Below are positions 1-8,473 of a stretch of 39,550 nt of DNA, one piece after another. This DNA is from Akkermansia muciniphila (GTDB lineage Bacteria > Actinomycetota > Coriobacteriia > Coriobacteriales > QAMH01). The DNA lies in contig CAVCDT010000004.1 of the NCBI GenBank assembly GCA_963600995.1, positions 1-39,550 of the forward strand, given 5' to 3'. Every line of letters begins with the position of its first letter. The stretch's first letter is position 1. A program made the position numbers and the translations under genes. The notes beneath the pieces were generated by a model. The model was not told the origin of the DNA and ran no database searches. It was given only the letters and a program-made list of their open reading frames with translations.

Positions 1-1
1 C

Positions 2-1516
2 TTCCCGGACTACACCTATATCCTGGAAAACGCGCATAAGCTGCGCGGCATCATCGTCACCCATGGTCACGAGGACCATACGGGTGCTTTGCCGTACCTG
101 CTCAAGGACCTCGATCGCAAGGTGCCCATCCTCGCCACGAGGATGACCTTGGGCCTCATCGAGGGCAAGCTCTCCGAGCATAGGCTCTCCAAGCAGCCCG
201 AGCTGCGCGAGGTGAGCCGTCCCGGCAAGGCCAAGCTCGGCTGCTTCGAGCTCGAGTTCTTCACCGTCAACCACTCCATTCCCGGTGCTATGGGCATCTT
301 CATCAAGAGCCCGGCGGGCACGGTGCTGCATACGGGAGACTTCAAGATCGACACCACCCCGATCGACGGCGAGGTCATGGACTTCGGCGCCATCACGCGC
401 TTTGCGAGCGAGGGCGTCGACCTGATGCTGTCCGATTCCACCAACGCCAACAACCCCAACTTCACGCGCTCCGAGTCCGAGGTGGGAGAGTCCCTGCGCC
501 AGATCATGAAGCAGGCGCGCCGCAAGGTCGTCGTGGCTGCCTTCTCAAGCCATATCCACCGCATCCAGCAGGTTTGCGATGCCGCAGTCGAGGCCAAGCG
601 ACAGGTGGCCGTCACCGGGCGCTCGATGCTCACCAATACGCGCATAGCGCAGGAGCTCGGCTACCTCAACGTCTCCGAGGGGCTCATCATCGACGCCTTC
701 GAGGTCAACGACATCCCGCCGCACAAGCTCGTCATCTTGTGCACGGGCTCCCAGGGCGAGCCCTTGAGCGCCCTGGCGCGCATGTCGGTGGGCGAGCACA
801 GGACCGTCTTCATCGAGCGCGGCGATACGGTCATCATCTCTGCCACGCCCGTTCCCGGTAACGAGAAGTCCGTCACGCGCGTCATCAACCAGCTCTCCAA
901 GATCGGCGCGGACGTTTACGACAAGAGCCGCGGGCTCGTGCACGTCTCCGGCCACGCTGGTGCGCAGGAGCTCAAGCTCATCTTGCGCATGGCGCAGCCC
1001 AAGCACTTCATGCCCGTCCACGGTGAGACCATCCATCTGATGGCCCATGCCAAGCTAGCCGAGAAATGCGGTGTCGACCCCAAGAGGATCTTCATCATCG
1101 ACAACGGTGACACGCTCGTGATGCAGGACCACAAGGTCAAGCGCAGCGACCCGGTTGAAAGCGGCATCGTCTACGTGGACGGCGGCAGTGTGGGAGACAT
1201 CGGCAAGGACGTCTTGCGCGATCGCCAGCTCATGCAGAGCGAGGGCGCAGTCACCGTGTGCGTCACCTACGACGGCAAGACCGGCAAGCCGGTGGGCGAG
1301 CCCGTGATCATGATGCGCGGCATCCCGGGCTTCGACGACGACAAGTTCCTGCGCGACTGCCGTACCCGCATCCTCAAGACCTTTGCCGATGCGGCCCAGG
1401 CGCACAAGGGTGAGAACAACCGCATCAAGAAGTCCGTTCGCGATGCCATGGGCAAGTTCGTTTGGGAGCGCTGCCATCGCCGCCCGGTGATCATGCCCGT
1501 CGTTGTGGAGATTTAA
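2..1516 (+). CDS. rnj: Ribonuclease J (5' end cut by window edge)
   Basis: Frame 2 is open from the window edge. Its translation FPDYTYILENAHKLRGIIVTHGHEDHTGALPYLL contains the metallo-beta-lactamase HxHxDH motif, followed by a beta-CASP-like region and the C-terminal domain typical of RNase J. Track ORF 89..1516 is the same frame. Confidence 0.9.
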   Translation, partial: FPDYTYILENAHKLRGIIVTHGHEDHTGALPYLLKDLDRKVPILATRMTLGLIEGKLSEHRLSKQPELREVSRPGKAKLGCFELEFFTVNHSIPGAMGIFIKSPAGTVLHTGDFKIDTTPIDGEVMDFGAITRFASEGVDLMLSDSTNANNPNFTRSESEVGESLRQIMKQARRKVVVAAFSSHIHRIQQVCDAAVEAKRQVAVTGRSMLTNTRIAQELGYLNVSEGLIIDAFEVNDIPPHKLVILCTGSQGEPLSALARMSVGEHRTVFIERGDTVIISATPVPGNEKSVTRVINQLSKIGADVYDKSRGLVHVSGHAGAQELKLILRMAQPKHFMPVHGETIHLMAHAKLAEKCGVDPKRIFIIDNGDTLVMQDHKVKRSDPVESGIVYVDGGSVGDIGKDVLRDRQLMQSEGAVTVCVTYDGKTGKPVGEPVIMMRGIPGFDDDKFLRDCRTRILKTFADAAQAHKGENNRIKKSVRDAMGKFVWERCHRRPVIMPVVVEI

Positions 1517-1542
1517 GCACCAAGCTTCGATGCTGCTAGAAT
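1513..1542 (+). promoter_or_regulatory. Possible sigma70-type promoter for ftsK (TTAAGC-N18-TGcTAGAAT, extended -10)
   Basis: AT-richer spacer after the rnj stop. TAGAAT at 1537-1542 is preceded by TGc, with a weak -35-like TTAAGC at 1513-1518. Motif reading only. Confidence 0.3.
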
Positions 1543-1584
1543 GTATGTTTGCACGATTTGATAGACGATCATGCCCGTACGGGC

Positions 1585-4161
1585 ATGGAGGTGGCCTTGA
1601 GCGCTAGAAACACAGCTAAAAACAACAGCTCAAAGCCTAGCTCCAAAAAGAGGGGCGCAAAGGCGGAGTACAAGCGCGATGCGGTGGCGCAGGAGGCGCC
1701 CGGCAGCGCCATGCGCGATGACCTGATCGTCATCGCTCTCGTTGCCCTGGGCATCGTGCTCTTTGTCATGGTGGTGATCCCCAGCCAGGCAGTCGTCTCC
1801 GCGGCGGTATCGGGTGCGTTGAGGCATGCGTTCGGCCTCGGCGCCTTCGTCGTGCCCTTCGCCGTGGTCGCGGGCGGCATCTCCTGCTTCACCAAGCCGC
1901 AGGATGCGCGCATCGGCCGTTTTGCAGCTGGCGTCGTGGTCATCTTGGTCGCCCTTATGGGCGTCTTTGCCACTGTGGCCTTCGAGGCGGTGAGCATGGG
2001 CGATACCATGGCGTTCTTCAACAACGATACCGTTCTTGTCAACGGCGGCGGCTATGTTGGCAGCGCCCTGGGCTGGGCTCTCATCAGCTCTGTGGGCCTT
2101 GTCGCAGGGGTCATCATCCTCATCGCGCTTATCGTCGTGGGCTTGGTGCTCGTTGGCGTATCCGTAGGCACCGTCTTCCTGTTTGCCAAGAACTTCGCGG
2201 CAGAGCGCGCGGCAGACCGCCGCAGCCGTACCCAGAGCAAGCACGACTTCGAACCCGAGGTCCGCTTGGGCGCGCAGGAGAGCTATACGGACGAGGAGGC
2301 CGCGCTCGAGCTGCCCCGTGCGGACGAGACGCTCGTTTTGGGCAGCAAGCGCGGTCGCAAGAAGAAGGAAGCCACAGCACCGCGCTTCAGCTCTTCGAGC
2401 TTCGATATGGCAGATTACGAGGATGCCCAGCAAGAGGAGATGTTCGAGGACGACAACGCGACGGCCAAGACCGTTGCCCTGCCCGCACGCAAGCGCAAGG
2501 GCGCTAAGACCTCCAAGCTCTCCCGCAAAGCCGCTGCCTCTGTTGCAGAGCCTGCCCTCGACGCGGGCGATGCGCTCGCAGACGCAGGCGAAGACGCAGG
2601 TGCTGCCTCCAACCCCACCGTGGTTTTGGGTTCCAAGCAGGAGCCCAAAGACGACGAGCCGCAGGCGCTTCGACCGGCTGCGACGGAGGGCTTCGTCCTA
2701 CCGGATCTAGGCAAGCTCAAGCGCGCCGGCAAGAAGGACCGCAACGCCGCTAACACAGAGTTCGCGGATACCGCCGCCACGTTGCAGCGCACGCTCGAGG
2801 AGTTCAGCCTCCCTGCGCGCGTCGTCGGCTGGCTTGCAGGCCCCACGGTCGCGCTCTTCAAGGTCGAGCTTCCCAGCGGCGTCAAGCTCTCCAAGCTCAC
2901 GGGTTTGGCCGATGACATCGCCTTGGCGCTCGCAGCGTCGTCTGTGCGCATCGCCCAGATCCCCAACACCTCGCTTGTGGGCGTTGAGATTCCCAACAAG
3001 ACCCGCGACAACGTCTTGTTGGGCGATATCATCACCGGCTGCGGTGCCAACCCGCTCGATATGGCCATCGGCGAGGACATCGACGGCAACAAGATCTGCG
3101 TGAACCTCGCCAAGATGCCCCACTTGCTTATCGGCGGCACCACGGGCTCCGGTAAGTCCGTTTGCATCAACTCGATGATCATGTCGATAATCACCCACGC
3201 CACGCCGGCAGAGGTCCGCATGGTGCTCATCGACCCCAAGCGCATCGAGTTCTCGCAGTACAACGGCATCCCGCACTTGTATGTCCCCGTCGTGACAGAA
3301 CCCAAGGAGGCAGCTGCCGCACTTCGTTGGGGTGTGGTCGAGATGGAGCGTCGCCTCAAGGTGTTCGAGACCGTCGGCGCGCGCAACATAGGCTTCTACA
3401 ACCAGAAGATCCAAAGCGGCCAGCTCGCAAACGAGGACGGAGAGGCTCCCAAGGAGATGCCCTACATCGTCATCGTCATCGACGAGCTGTCAGACCTCAT
3501 GATGGCTGCGGGCAAGGACGTCGAGGATTCGATCGTGCGCATATCGCAGCTCGCGCGTGCGGCCGGCATACACCTCATCGTCGCCACCCAGCGCCCGTCC
3601 TCCAACGTGGTCACCGGTATGATCAAGGCCAATATCACCAACCGCATCGCACTCACCGTCGCAACGGGTGTCGACTCGCGCGTTATCTTGGATCAAACCG
3701 GCGCAGAGAAGCTCGTCGGTCATGGCGACATGCTCTTTTCCAAGCCGGAATGGGGCAAGCCCAAGCGCATCCAGGGCTGCTATGTGTCGGACGAAGAGAT
3801 CAACGACGTCGTCGCCCATCTCAAAGAGCAGGGCACACCGGAGTACCATCCGGAGATCCTACAGGTCAAAGTCGATGGTGGCAGCTCTTCTGCTTCGACG
3901 ATCGACGACCTCGATGAGGACGATCCGCTTATCTGGGAGGCCGCAGACGCTGTGGTCATGGCCGGGCTCGGGTCGACGTCGATGCTGCAGCGCAGGCTCA
4001 AGGTGGGTTATGCGCGTGCCGGGCGCATCATGGACATGCTCGAGAACAAGGGCATAGTGGGCCCGCCCGACGGGTCGCGTGCCCGCGAGGTCCTGATCGA
4101 CTCCGTCGAGGACCTCGAGGCTATCAAGGCGTTCGAGATGGCAGACAGCGAGGGGTTCTAG
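1585..4161 (+). CDS. ftsK: DNA translocase FtsK/SpoIIIE
   Basis: N-terminal hydrophobic helices and a long acidic/Pro/Ala-rich linker. Walker A GGTTGSGKS, Walker B IVIVIDELSDL, and a C-terminal gamma winged-helix (STSMLQRRLKVGYARAGRIMDMLENKGIVG). Start is ambiguous: ATG 1585, TTG 1549 (track ORF), or TTG 1597 six nt after GGAGG. Confidence 0.93.
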   Translation: MEVALSARNTAKNNSSKPSSKKRGAKAEYKRDAVAQEAPGSAMRDDLIVIALVALGIVLFVMVVIPSQAVVSAAVSGALRHAFGLGAFVVPFAVVAGGISCFTKPQDARIGRFAAGVVVILVALMGVFATVAFEAVSMGDTMAFFNNDTVLVNGGGYVGSALGWALISSVGLVAGVIILIALIVVGLVLVGVSVGTVFLFAKNFAAERAADRRSRTQSKHDFEPEVRLGAQESYTDEEAALELPRADETLVLGSKRGRKKKEATAPRFSSSSFDMADYEDAQQEEMFEDDNATAKTVALPARKRKGAKTSKLSRKAAASVAEPALDAGDALADAGEDAGAASNPTVVLGSKQEPKDDEPQALRPAATEGFVLPDLGKLKRAGKKDRNAANTEFADTAATLQRTLEEFSLPARVVGWLAGPTVALFKVELPSGVKLSKLTGLADDIALALAASSVRIAQIPNTSLVGVEIPNKTRDNVLLGDIITGCGANPLDMAIGEDIDGNKICVNLAKMPHLLIGGTTGSGKSVCINSMIMSIITHATPAEVRMVLIDPKRIEFSQYNGIPHLYVPVVTEPKEAAAALRWGVVEMERRLKVFETVGARNIGFYNQKIQSGQLANEDGEAPKEMPYIVIVIDELSDLMMAAGKDVEDSIVRISQLARAAGIHLIVATQRPSSNVVTGMIKANITNRIALTVATGVDSRVILDQTGAEKLVGHGDMLFSKPEWGKPKRIQGCYVSDEEINDVVAHLKEQGTPEYHPEILQVKVDGGSSSASTIDDLDEDDPLIWEAADAVVMAGLGSTSMLQRRLKVGYARAGRIMDMLENKGIVGPPDGSRAREVLIDSVEDLEAIKAFEMADSEGF

Positions 4162-5490
4162 ATGGCAGACGAGCTTGTGGGCTCGACGCTTCGCGCACGT
4201 CGCGAGTCGCTGGGCCTTTCCATCGACCATATGGCGCATGTCACCAACATACGCCCGCGCTTGCTCGAGACCTTCGAGGCCAGCGAATACGACAAGTTCC
4301 CGCCCAAGGGCTACGCCAGCGGGATGCTCTCGTCGTATGCGCGCGCCTTGGGGCTCGATCCTAGGCCCATTCTCTCCGGCTTCAATTTGGAGCTCGCCAA
4401 TTACGAGCAGCGGCTCCAGATCGAGTCCGGCGCGAGAAACGCCCTCGAGGGCCGCGACCGCTTCGGGTTCAAGCGGGGGAGCAACCCCTCGGCACGGCGC
4501 GCTTCGTCCAGTCGCGACGTGAGGTCTTCCACGGGTTCTATGGAGGCTGTCCCCGGTGCCGAGGACACCGCCGGCGATATCGCCCGCGCCACAAGCGCTA
4601 TCAAGGTCGTGGGCAAAAGCCATAGGGGCTCGCGCAACCGACGCGGCTCTTCCGCGTACGCTGCACAAGGTGCCGCCACGGGCTCGACGGGCAGGCTCGC
4701 CGCATACAAGCGCGAGCTCGAGCAGCGCGATGCATCGGCAACGGGGTCGCTTGGGACCACTGGCTCGATCGGCCGCGGCAGGGACCTCTCCTCGACTGGC
4801 CGCTTGAGCAAGCTGGCCTCGTCTACGGGCGCCTTGCCCGTGATCGGTCCCGATGAGGCCGCGGATTCCCTAGGGGATGATTACGAGCAGCGCCGCGGTG
4901 GAAAGAGGAGGCCCACATCGAGGGGCTCGCGCTCCAAGAGGCATCGCAGCGTTACGCAAGAGCCGCAGTCTCTGCCAAAGCGCATCGGCTCGGTTGTCAG
5001 GTCCGCCTTCGCAGACAAGCGCGCGCGTATGATCGTCATCGCCGCCTGCCTCATCGTCTTGGCGCTCGTCATCGTCGCGAGCTTGCTTTTGAGCTCTGCG
5101 GGCAACAAGGACGCCGGCATCTTGGATGTGACCGGCACCAACCAAGAGGGCTCGACCACGCAGACGAGCACGGACGAGAAGACGGGAGCGGCCGTCGCAA
5201 CCGTCACCACGGCAAACGGCAACCCCGTCGTGGTCACTGTCGATGTGGCCCAGGGCAATACCTCGCTCGTGAGCGTCACCTATGACGACGACAAGGCCTT
5301 CGACGGCACGGCTGTGGGGCCTTGGCACCGTGAGTTCCAGGTGACCAAGTCGTTTAGCGCGACTTTCGGGACGCCGTCTGCCGTCACTGTGACGGAAAAC
5401 GGCACCCCCATAGAGATTCCCGCCGCAGACGATGGATCGGGAAAGCTCGAGATCAACGTCCAAGCCAGCGGCTTGGCGTCAAAGAACTAA
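4162..5490 (+). CDS. RodZ-like HTH (XRE-type) membrane protein with C-terminal DUF4115-like domain
   Basis: The ATG directly abuts the ftsK stop. N-terminus LRARRESLGLSIDHMAHVTNIRPRLLETFE is HTH-like. A long Ser/Arg/Gly-rich disordered linker, one TM helix (MIVIAACLIVLALVIVASLLL) and an extracytoplasmic beta-rich C-terminal domain follow. Confidence 0.75.
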   Translation: MADELVGSTLRARRESLGLSIDHMAHVTNIRPRLLETFEASEYDKFPPKGYASGMLSSYARALGLDPRPILSGFNLELANYEQRLQIESGARNALEGRDRFGFKRGSNPSARRASSSRDVRSSTGSMEAVPGAEDTAGDIARATSAIKVVGKSHRGSRNRRGSSAYAAQGAATGSTGRLAAYKRELEQRDASATGSLGTTGSIGRGRDLSSTGRLSKLASSTGALPVIGPDEAADSLGDDYEQRRGGKRRPTSRGSRSKRHRSVTQEPQSLPKRIGSVVRSAFADKRARMIVIAACLIVLALVIVASLLLSSAGNKDAGILDVTGTNQEGSTTQTSTDEKTGAAVATVTTANGNPVVVTVDVAQGNTSLVSVTYDDDKAFDGTAVGPWHREFQVTKSFSATFGTPSAVTVTENGTPIEIPAADDGSGKLEINVQASGLASKN

Positions 5491-5523
5491 AGGCATATCC
5501 GCCAGACAGAAAGGAGAGCCGCA

Positions 5524-6027
5524 ATGGCTAAGGACAGCAGCTTCGACGTCGTGTCGGAATGCGACATGCAAGAGGTCGACAACGCCTACCAGCAGGCGAG
5601 CAAGGCGCTTACGCAGCGCTATGACCTCAAGGACTCCGGGTCCAAGATCGACTTCGACAAGTCCAACAAGACCTTCACCGTCCATGCCCCCAGCGAGTTC
5701 ATCAAAAACCAGGTGATCGACATCCTCAACACCCACCTGATCCGCCGCCTGGGCGAAGACGGCATGAAGTTCGTCAAATGGGGCAAGGACATCGAGGCCT
5801 CCGGAAACACCATCCGCTGCGTGGGCACGATCGCCCAAGGGCTCGATCAAGACACCGCCAAGAAGATCAACAAGGACATTAAAGACCAAAAGCTCAAGGT
5901 CAAGACCCAGATCGAGGGCGATAAGCTGCGCGTGAGCGCTCCCAAGCGCGATGACCTGCAGGCTGTGATCGCCTACCTGCGCAGCCAGGACTACGGCGTG
6001 CCCCTGCAATACACCAACTACCGATAA
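5524..6027 (+). CDS. yajQ: YajQ family nucleotide (cyclic-di-GMP)-binding protein (UPF0234)
   Basis: 167 aa. MAKDSSFDVVSECDMQEVDNAYQQASKALTQRYDLKDS matches the typical YajQ N-terminus. RBS AAAGGAGAG lies upstream. Confidence 0.85.
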   Translation: MAKDSSFDVVSECDMQEVDNAYQQASKALTQRYDLKDSGSKIDFDKSNKTFTVHAPSEFIKNQVIDILNTHLIRRLGEDGMKFVKWGKDIEASGNTIRCVGTIAQGLDQDTAKKINKDIKDQKLKVKTQIEGDKLRVSAPKRDDLQAVIAYLRSQDYGVPLQYTNYR

Positions 6028-6044
6028 GAGGAGACGGCGCTTTC

Positions 6045-7385
6045 ATGCCATCTGGAAAAGACATTGCATTCATCACCTTGGGCTGCGCTAAAAACGAGGT
6101 CGACTCGGATAAGATGCGCGCCCTGCTGCGCGCGGCCGGTTATCAGATAGTCGACGACCCTGAGTCTGCAGATCTCACTGTTGTCAACACCTGCTCGTTT
6201 CTGGCGAGTGCCGTCGAGGAGGGCCTCGACACGATATTCGCCGCCTTGGGTATGAGCGACGCACCCGATGTCGAGCCGCACAAGGTGCTCGTCGCCGGTT
6301 GCATGCCCTCGCGTTACGGGGAGGATCTCGAAGGCGAGCTGTCCGAGGTCGCGGGGTTTCTCCCTGCAGACAAAGAGGATCAGATCGTCGACAAGGTCAA
6401 CCAGATCTTGGGGCTTGACCTCGTGGTTTGCGGTGGGGCTCTGCGCGATAACGCCGGTCCGAGCGCCTATGTCAAAGTCTCCGACGGCTGCGACCGCTTC
6501 TGCTCCTATTGCATGATCCCCTATATCCGCGGCCGTTATCACAGCTTCAGCTATGACCAGATCCGCAAGGAGGTAAACGAGCTCGTCGCATCCGGCGTGC
6601 GCGAGATCAACCTCATCGGCCAGGACACGGGTATCTGGGGCCACGACTTCAGCGAGCCCAGCTCCATCGCCGAGCTGCTCTCCAAGCTCGCCGCAGAGTT
6701 CAAGACCACGTGGTTCAGGATTCTCTATATCCAGCCGGAGGGCGTCAACGACACCTTGCTCGGCGTCATGCGCGACACACCCAATGTCTGCAAGTACATC
6801 GACATTCCCTTGCAGCATGTCGATGAGCAGGTCCTCGAGCGCATGAACCGCAGCGGCAGCCCCTCCCAGCTCATGGAGCTTATCGAGCATGTCCGCGCCG
6901 TTGTGCCGGGCATCATGGTGCGCACGACGCTCATGGCGGGATTCCCGGGAGAGACGCCGGAGCAGTTCGAGACCCTTGCCAACTTCGCGCAGGACGCCTG
7001 CTTCGACTATGCGGGCGTGTTCGCTTACTCGCGCGAGGAAGGCTCCAAAGCCGCGGAGTTCGAAGACCAAGTAGACGAGGATGTCCGCCTCGAGCGTGCC
7101 CAGCAGCTGCTCGACATCTGCGAGGCGAACGGCTTCGCGCGCACGGCGTCCCATATAGGAGAGGTTGCCCGCTGCATCGTGGTCGGCTACGAGGAGACGG
7201 ACAAGGGCTTCGAGGCCATCGCCCGTTGGCAGGGGCAGGCCCCCGATGTCGACGGCACCGTGCATATCCCCATGCCAGATGATGCCGTCTACGAGCTGGG
7301 CAGCGACGTCACCGTGCGCTTTGTCGACTCGTTTTGCTACGAGCTGGTGGGCGAGGACATCGACGCCCATGAGGAGCTGGCCTAA
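6045..7385 (+). CDS. rimO: Ribosomal protein S12 methylthiotransferase RimO (radical SAM MTTase)
   Basis: N-terminal UPF0004 signature IAFITLGCAKNEVDSDKM...VVNTCSF, radical-SAM CDRFCSYC motif and a C-terminal TRAM-like domain. The position upstream of pgsA is typical. RBS AGGAGA. Confidence 0.85.
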   Translation: MPSGKDIAFITLGCAKNEVDSDKMRALLRAAGYQIVDDPESADLTVVNTCSFLASAVEEGLDTIFAALGMSDAPDVEPHKVLVAGCMPSRYGEDLEGELSEVAGFLPADKEDQIVDKVNQILGLDLVVCGGALRDNAGPSAYVKVSDGCDRFCSYCMIPYIRGRYHSFSYDQIRKEVNELVASGVREINLIGQDTGIWGHDFSEPSSIAELLSKLAAEFKTTWFRILYIQPEGVNDTLLGVMRDTPNVCKYIDIPLQHVDEQVLERMNRSGSPSQLMELIEHVRAVVPGIMVRTTLMAGFPGETPEQFETLANFAQDACFDYAGVFAYSREEGSKAAEFEDQVDEDVRLERAQQLLDICEANGFARTASHIGEVARCIVVGYEETDKGFEAIARWQGQAPDVDGTVHIPMPDDAVYELGSDVTVRFVDSFCYELVGEDIDAHEELA

Positions 7386-7388
7386 GCC

Positions 7389-8015
7389 ATGCAGCAGCAT
7401 ACCAAGGACAACGTCTTGACGCCTGCCAACATCGTCACATTGGTGCGCATCATCTTGATACCGGTCTTCGTTGCCGTGCTCGTGTCGCCTTGGCCGTCGC
7501 TTACTTACGATTTGCCCCTGTGGTCCTCGCTTCAGCCTTGGATCGCAGCGGCTGTCTTCATCGCGATATCGGCTACGGATGCGTTGGATGGCTATCTGGC
7601 TCGCTCGCGCAACCAGGTGACGGACTTCGGGAAGTTCCTCGACCCGCTGGCAGATAAGATCCTGGTAGCTGCGGCCCTGCTTGGCTTGGTCGAGATGCAG
7701 CTTCTGCCCTCGTGGATCGCGCTCATCATCCTGGCGCGCGAGTTCATCGTATCTGGGCTGCGCATGCTCGCTGCAAGCCAGGGTGTGGTCATTGCTGCGT
7801 CGTGGTACGGCAAGGTCAAGACGGTCTCGCAGATCGTGGCCATCATCGCCTTCATCATCAAGGACACAGTGCAGCTTGCGGCTGTTGGCGAGGCCTTTGC
7901 AGCCGGCTTCTCGATCTTCGCCTGGGTGGCGATGCTCTTTGCCGTCGTCATGACCATCATGTCGATGATCGACTACTTCATCAAGTCGAAGGCTGTTTTC
8001 GGCTACGAGCAGTAA
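7389..8015 (+). CDS. pgsA: CDP-diacylglycerol--glycerol-3-phosphate 3-phosphatidyltransferase
   Basis: CDP-alcohol phosphatidyltransferase motif DALDGYLARSRNQVTDFGKFLDPLADK and multiple TM helices; 208 aa. Confidence 0.88.
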   Translation: MQQHTKDNVLTPANIVTLVRIILIPVFVAVLVSPWPSLTYDLPLWSSLQPWIAAAVFIAISATDALDGYLARSRNQVTDFGKFLDPLADKILVAAALLGLVEMQLLPSWIALIILAREFIVSGLRMLAASQGVVIAASWYGKVKTVSQIVAIIAFIIKDTVQLAAVGEAFAAGFSIFAWVAMLFAVVMTIMSMIDYFIKSKAVFGYEQ

Positions 8016-8081
8016 CCTGCGCGTTGGGGGAGCCAAGCACTTTGCTGCAATGCCGGGCGTGAATCGCCGGTTCGAACAGGA

Positions 8082-8114
8082 GAGACGGGTTTTTTTGATC
8101 CCGTCTCCCTTTTT
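8082..8114 (+). terminator. Rho-independent terminator after pgsA
   Basis: GAGACGGG (8082-8089) pairs with CCCGTCTC (8100-8107), followed by CC TTTTT (8110-8114). Confidence 0.7.
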
Positions 8115-8397
8115 GAGCTTTAACGGCAGGATATACCCTAGGGTTTCTTCTCTTTGATGCAGATTGGGCGCCTCTTTTGTCGCATCAGGCGACGTCTTGC
8201 TGTTCCAAGGCTCGCGAGGAAGATGTGTTCATGCTATCTGCCTGCGCTTTTGGGTCTGCATATGCTGCTGAAGTAAATCGCCCAGTTGCTTGAAACCGTT
8301 CTTGGTTTTTCCTGATAGGCGACCAAAACGCGAAAGGGAGTTGGGGGTGGTTTGCAGGCCTTTTCGCGCAGTATCTTTTTTGATGTCGCAAGTCCGC

Positions 8398-8426
8398 TTG
8401 ACTGCGAACAGGTGTTCGTCTATTGT
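8398..8426 (+). promoter_or_regulatory. recA promoter (TTGACT-N17-TATTGT)
   Basis: -35 TTGACT at 8398-8403, a 17-nt spacer, and -10 TATTGT at 8421-8426, about 48 nt upstream of the recA ATG. Confidence 0.65.
8405..8418. promoter_or_regulatory. LexA operator (SOS/Cheo box CGAACAGGTGTTCG)
   Basis: Perfect CGAAC-N4-GTTCG palindrome inside the recA promoter spacer. This matches the Gram-positive/actinobacterial LexA consensus. Confidence 0.8.
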
Positions 8427-8473
8427 GTGTACGCACAAGGACGCGGTTTCTAAGTTTGAGGAATGGAGCAAGA

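Noticed and set aside
1531-1560. dif-like sequence (cTAGAATgTATgT) next to ftsK.
   Set aside because: Only the left arm resembles Firmicutes-type dif. The XerD arm (TATGTAAACT-like) is absent. It is more simply read as an extended -10 promoter.
6018-8036. Very long antisense ORFs. Examples: 6018..8036(-) 672 aa, 10448..12076(-) 542 aa, 13696..15225(-) 509 aa, 20127..21248(-), 21194..22291(+), 22319..23320(+), 23321..24451(-), 35428..36981(-), 37747..38820(+).
   Set aside because: Each lies opposite a gene with clear family motifs. Their translations are Arg/Ala/Gly/His-rich low-complexity strings without motifs. This is the expected stop-codon depletion on the antisense strand of GC-rich coding DNA.
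8329-8368. Possible 6C-type sRNA (C-rich loop hairpin on the minus strand).
   Set aside because: Only one C-rich hairpin is present, whereas 6C has two, and no promoter was found. It is kept only as a low-interest unexplained hairpin, not called as an ncRNA.
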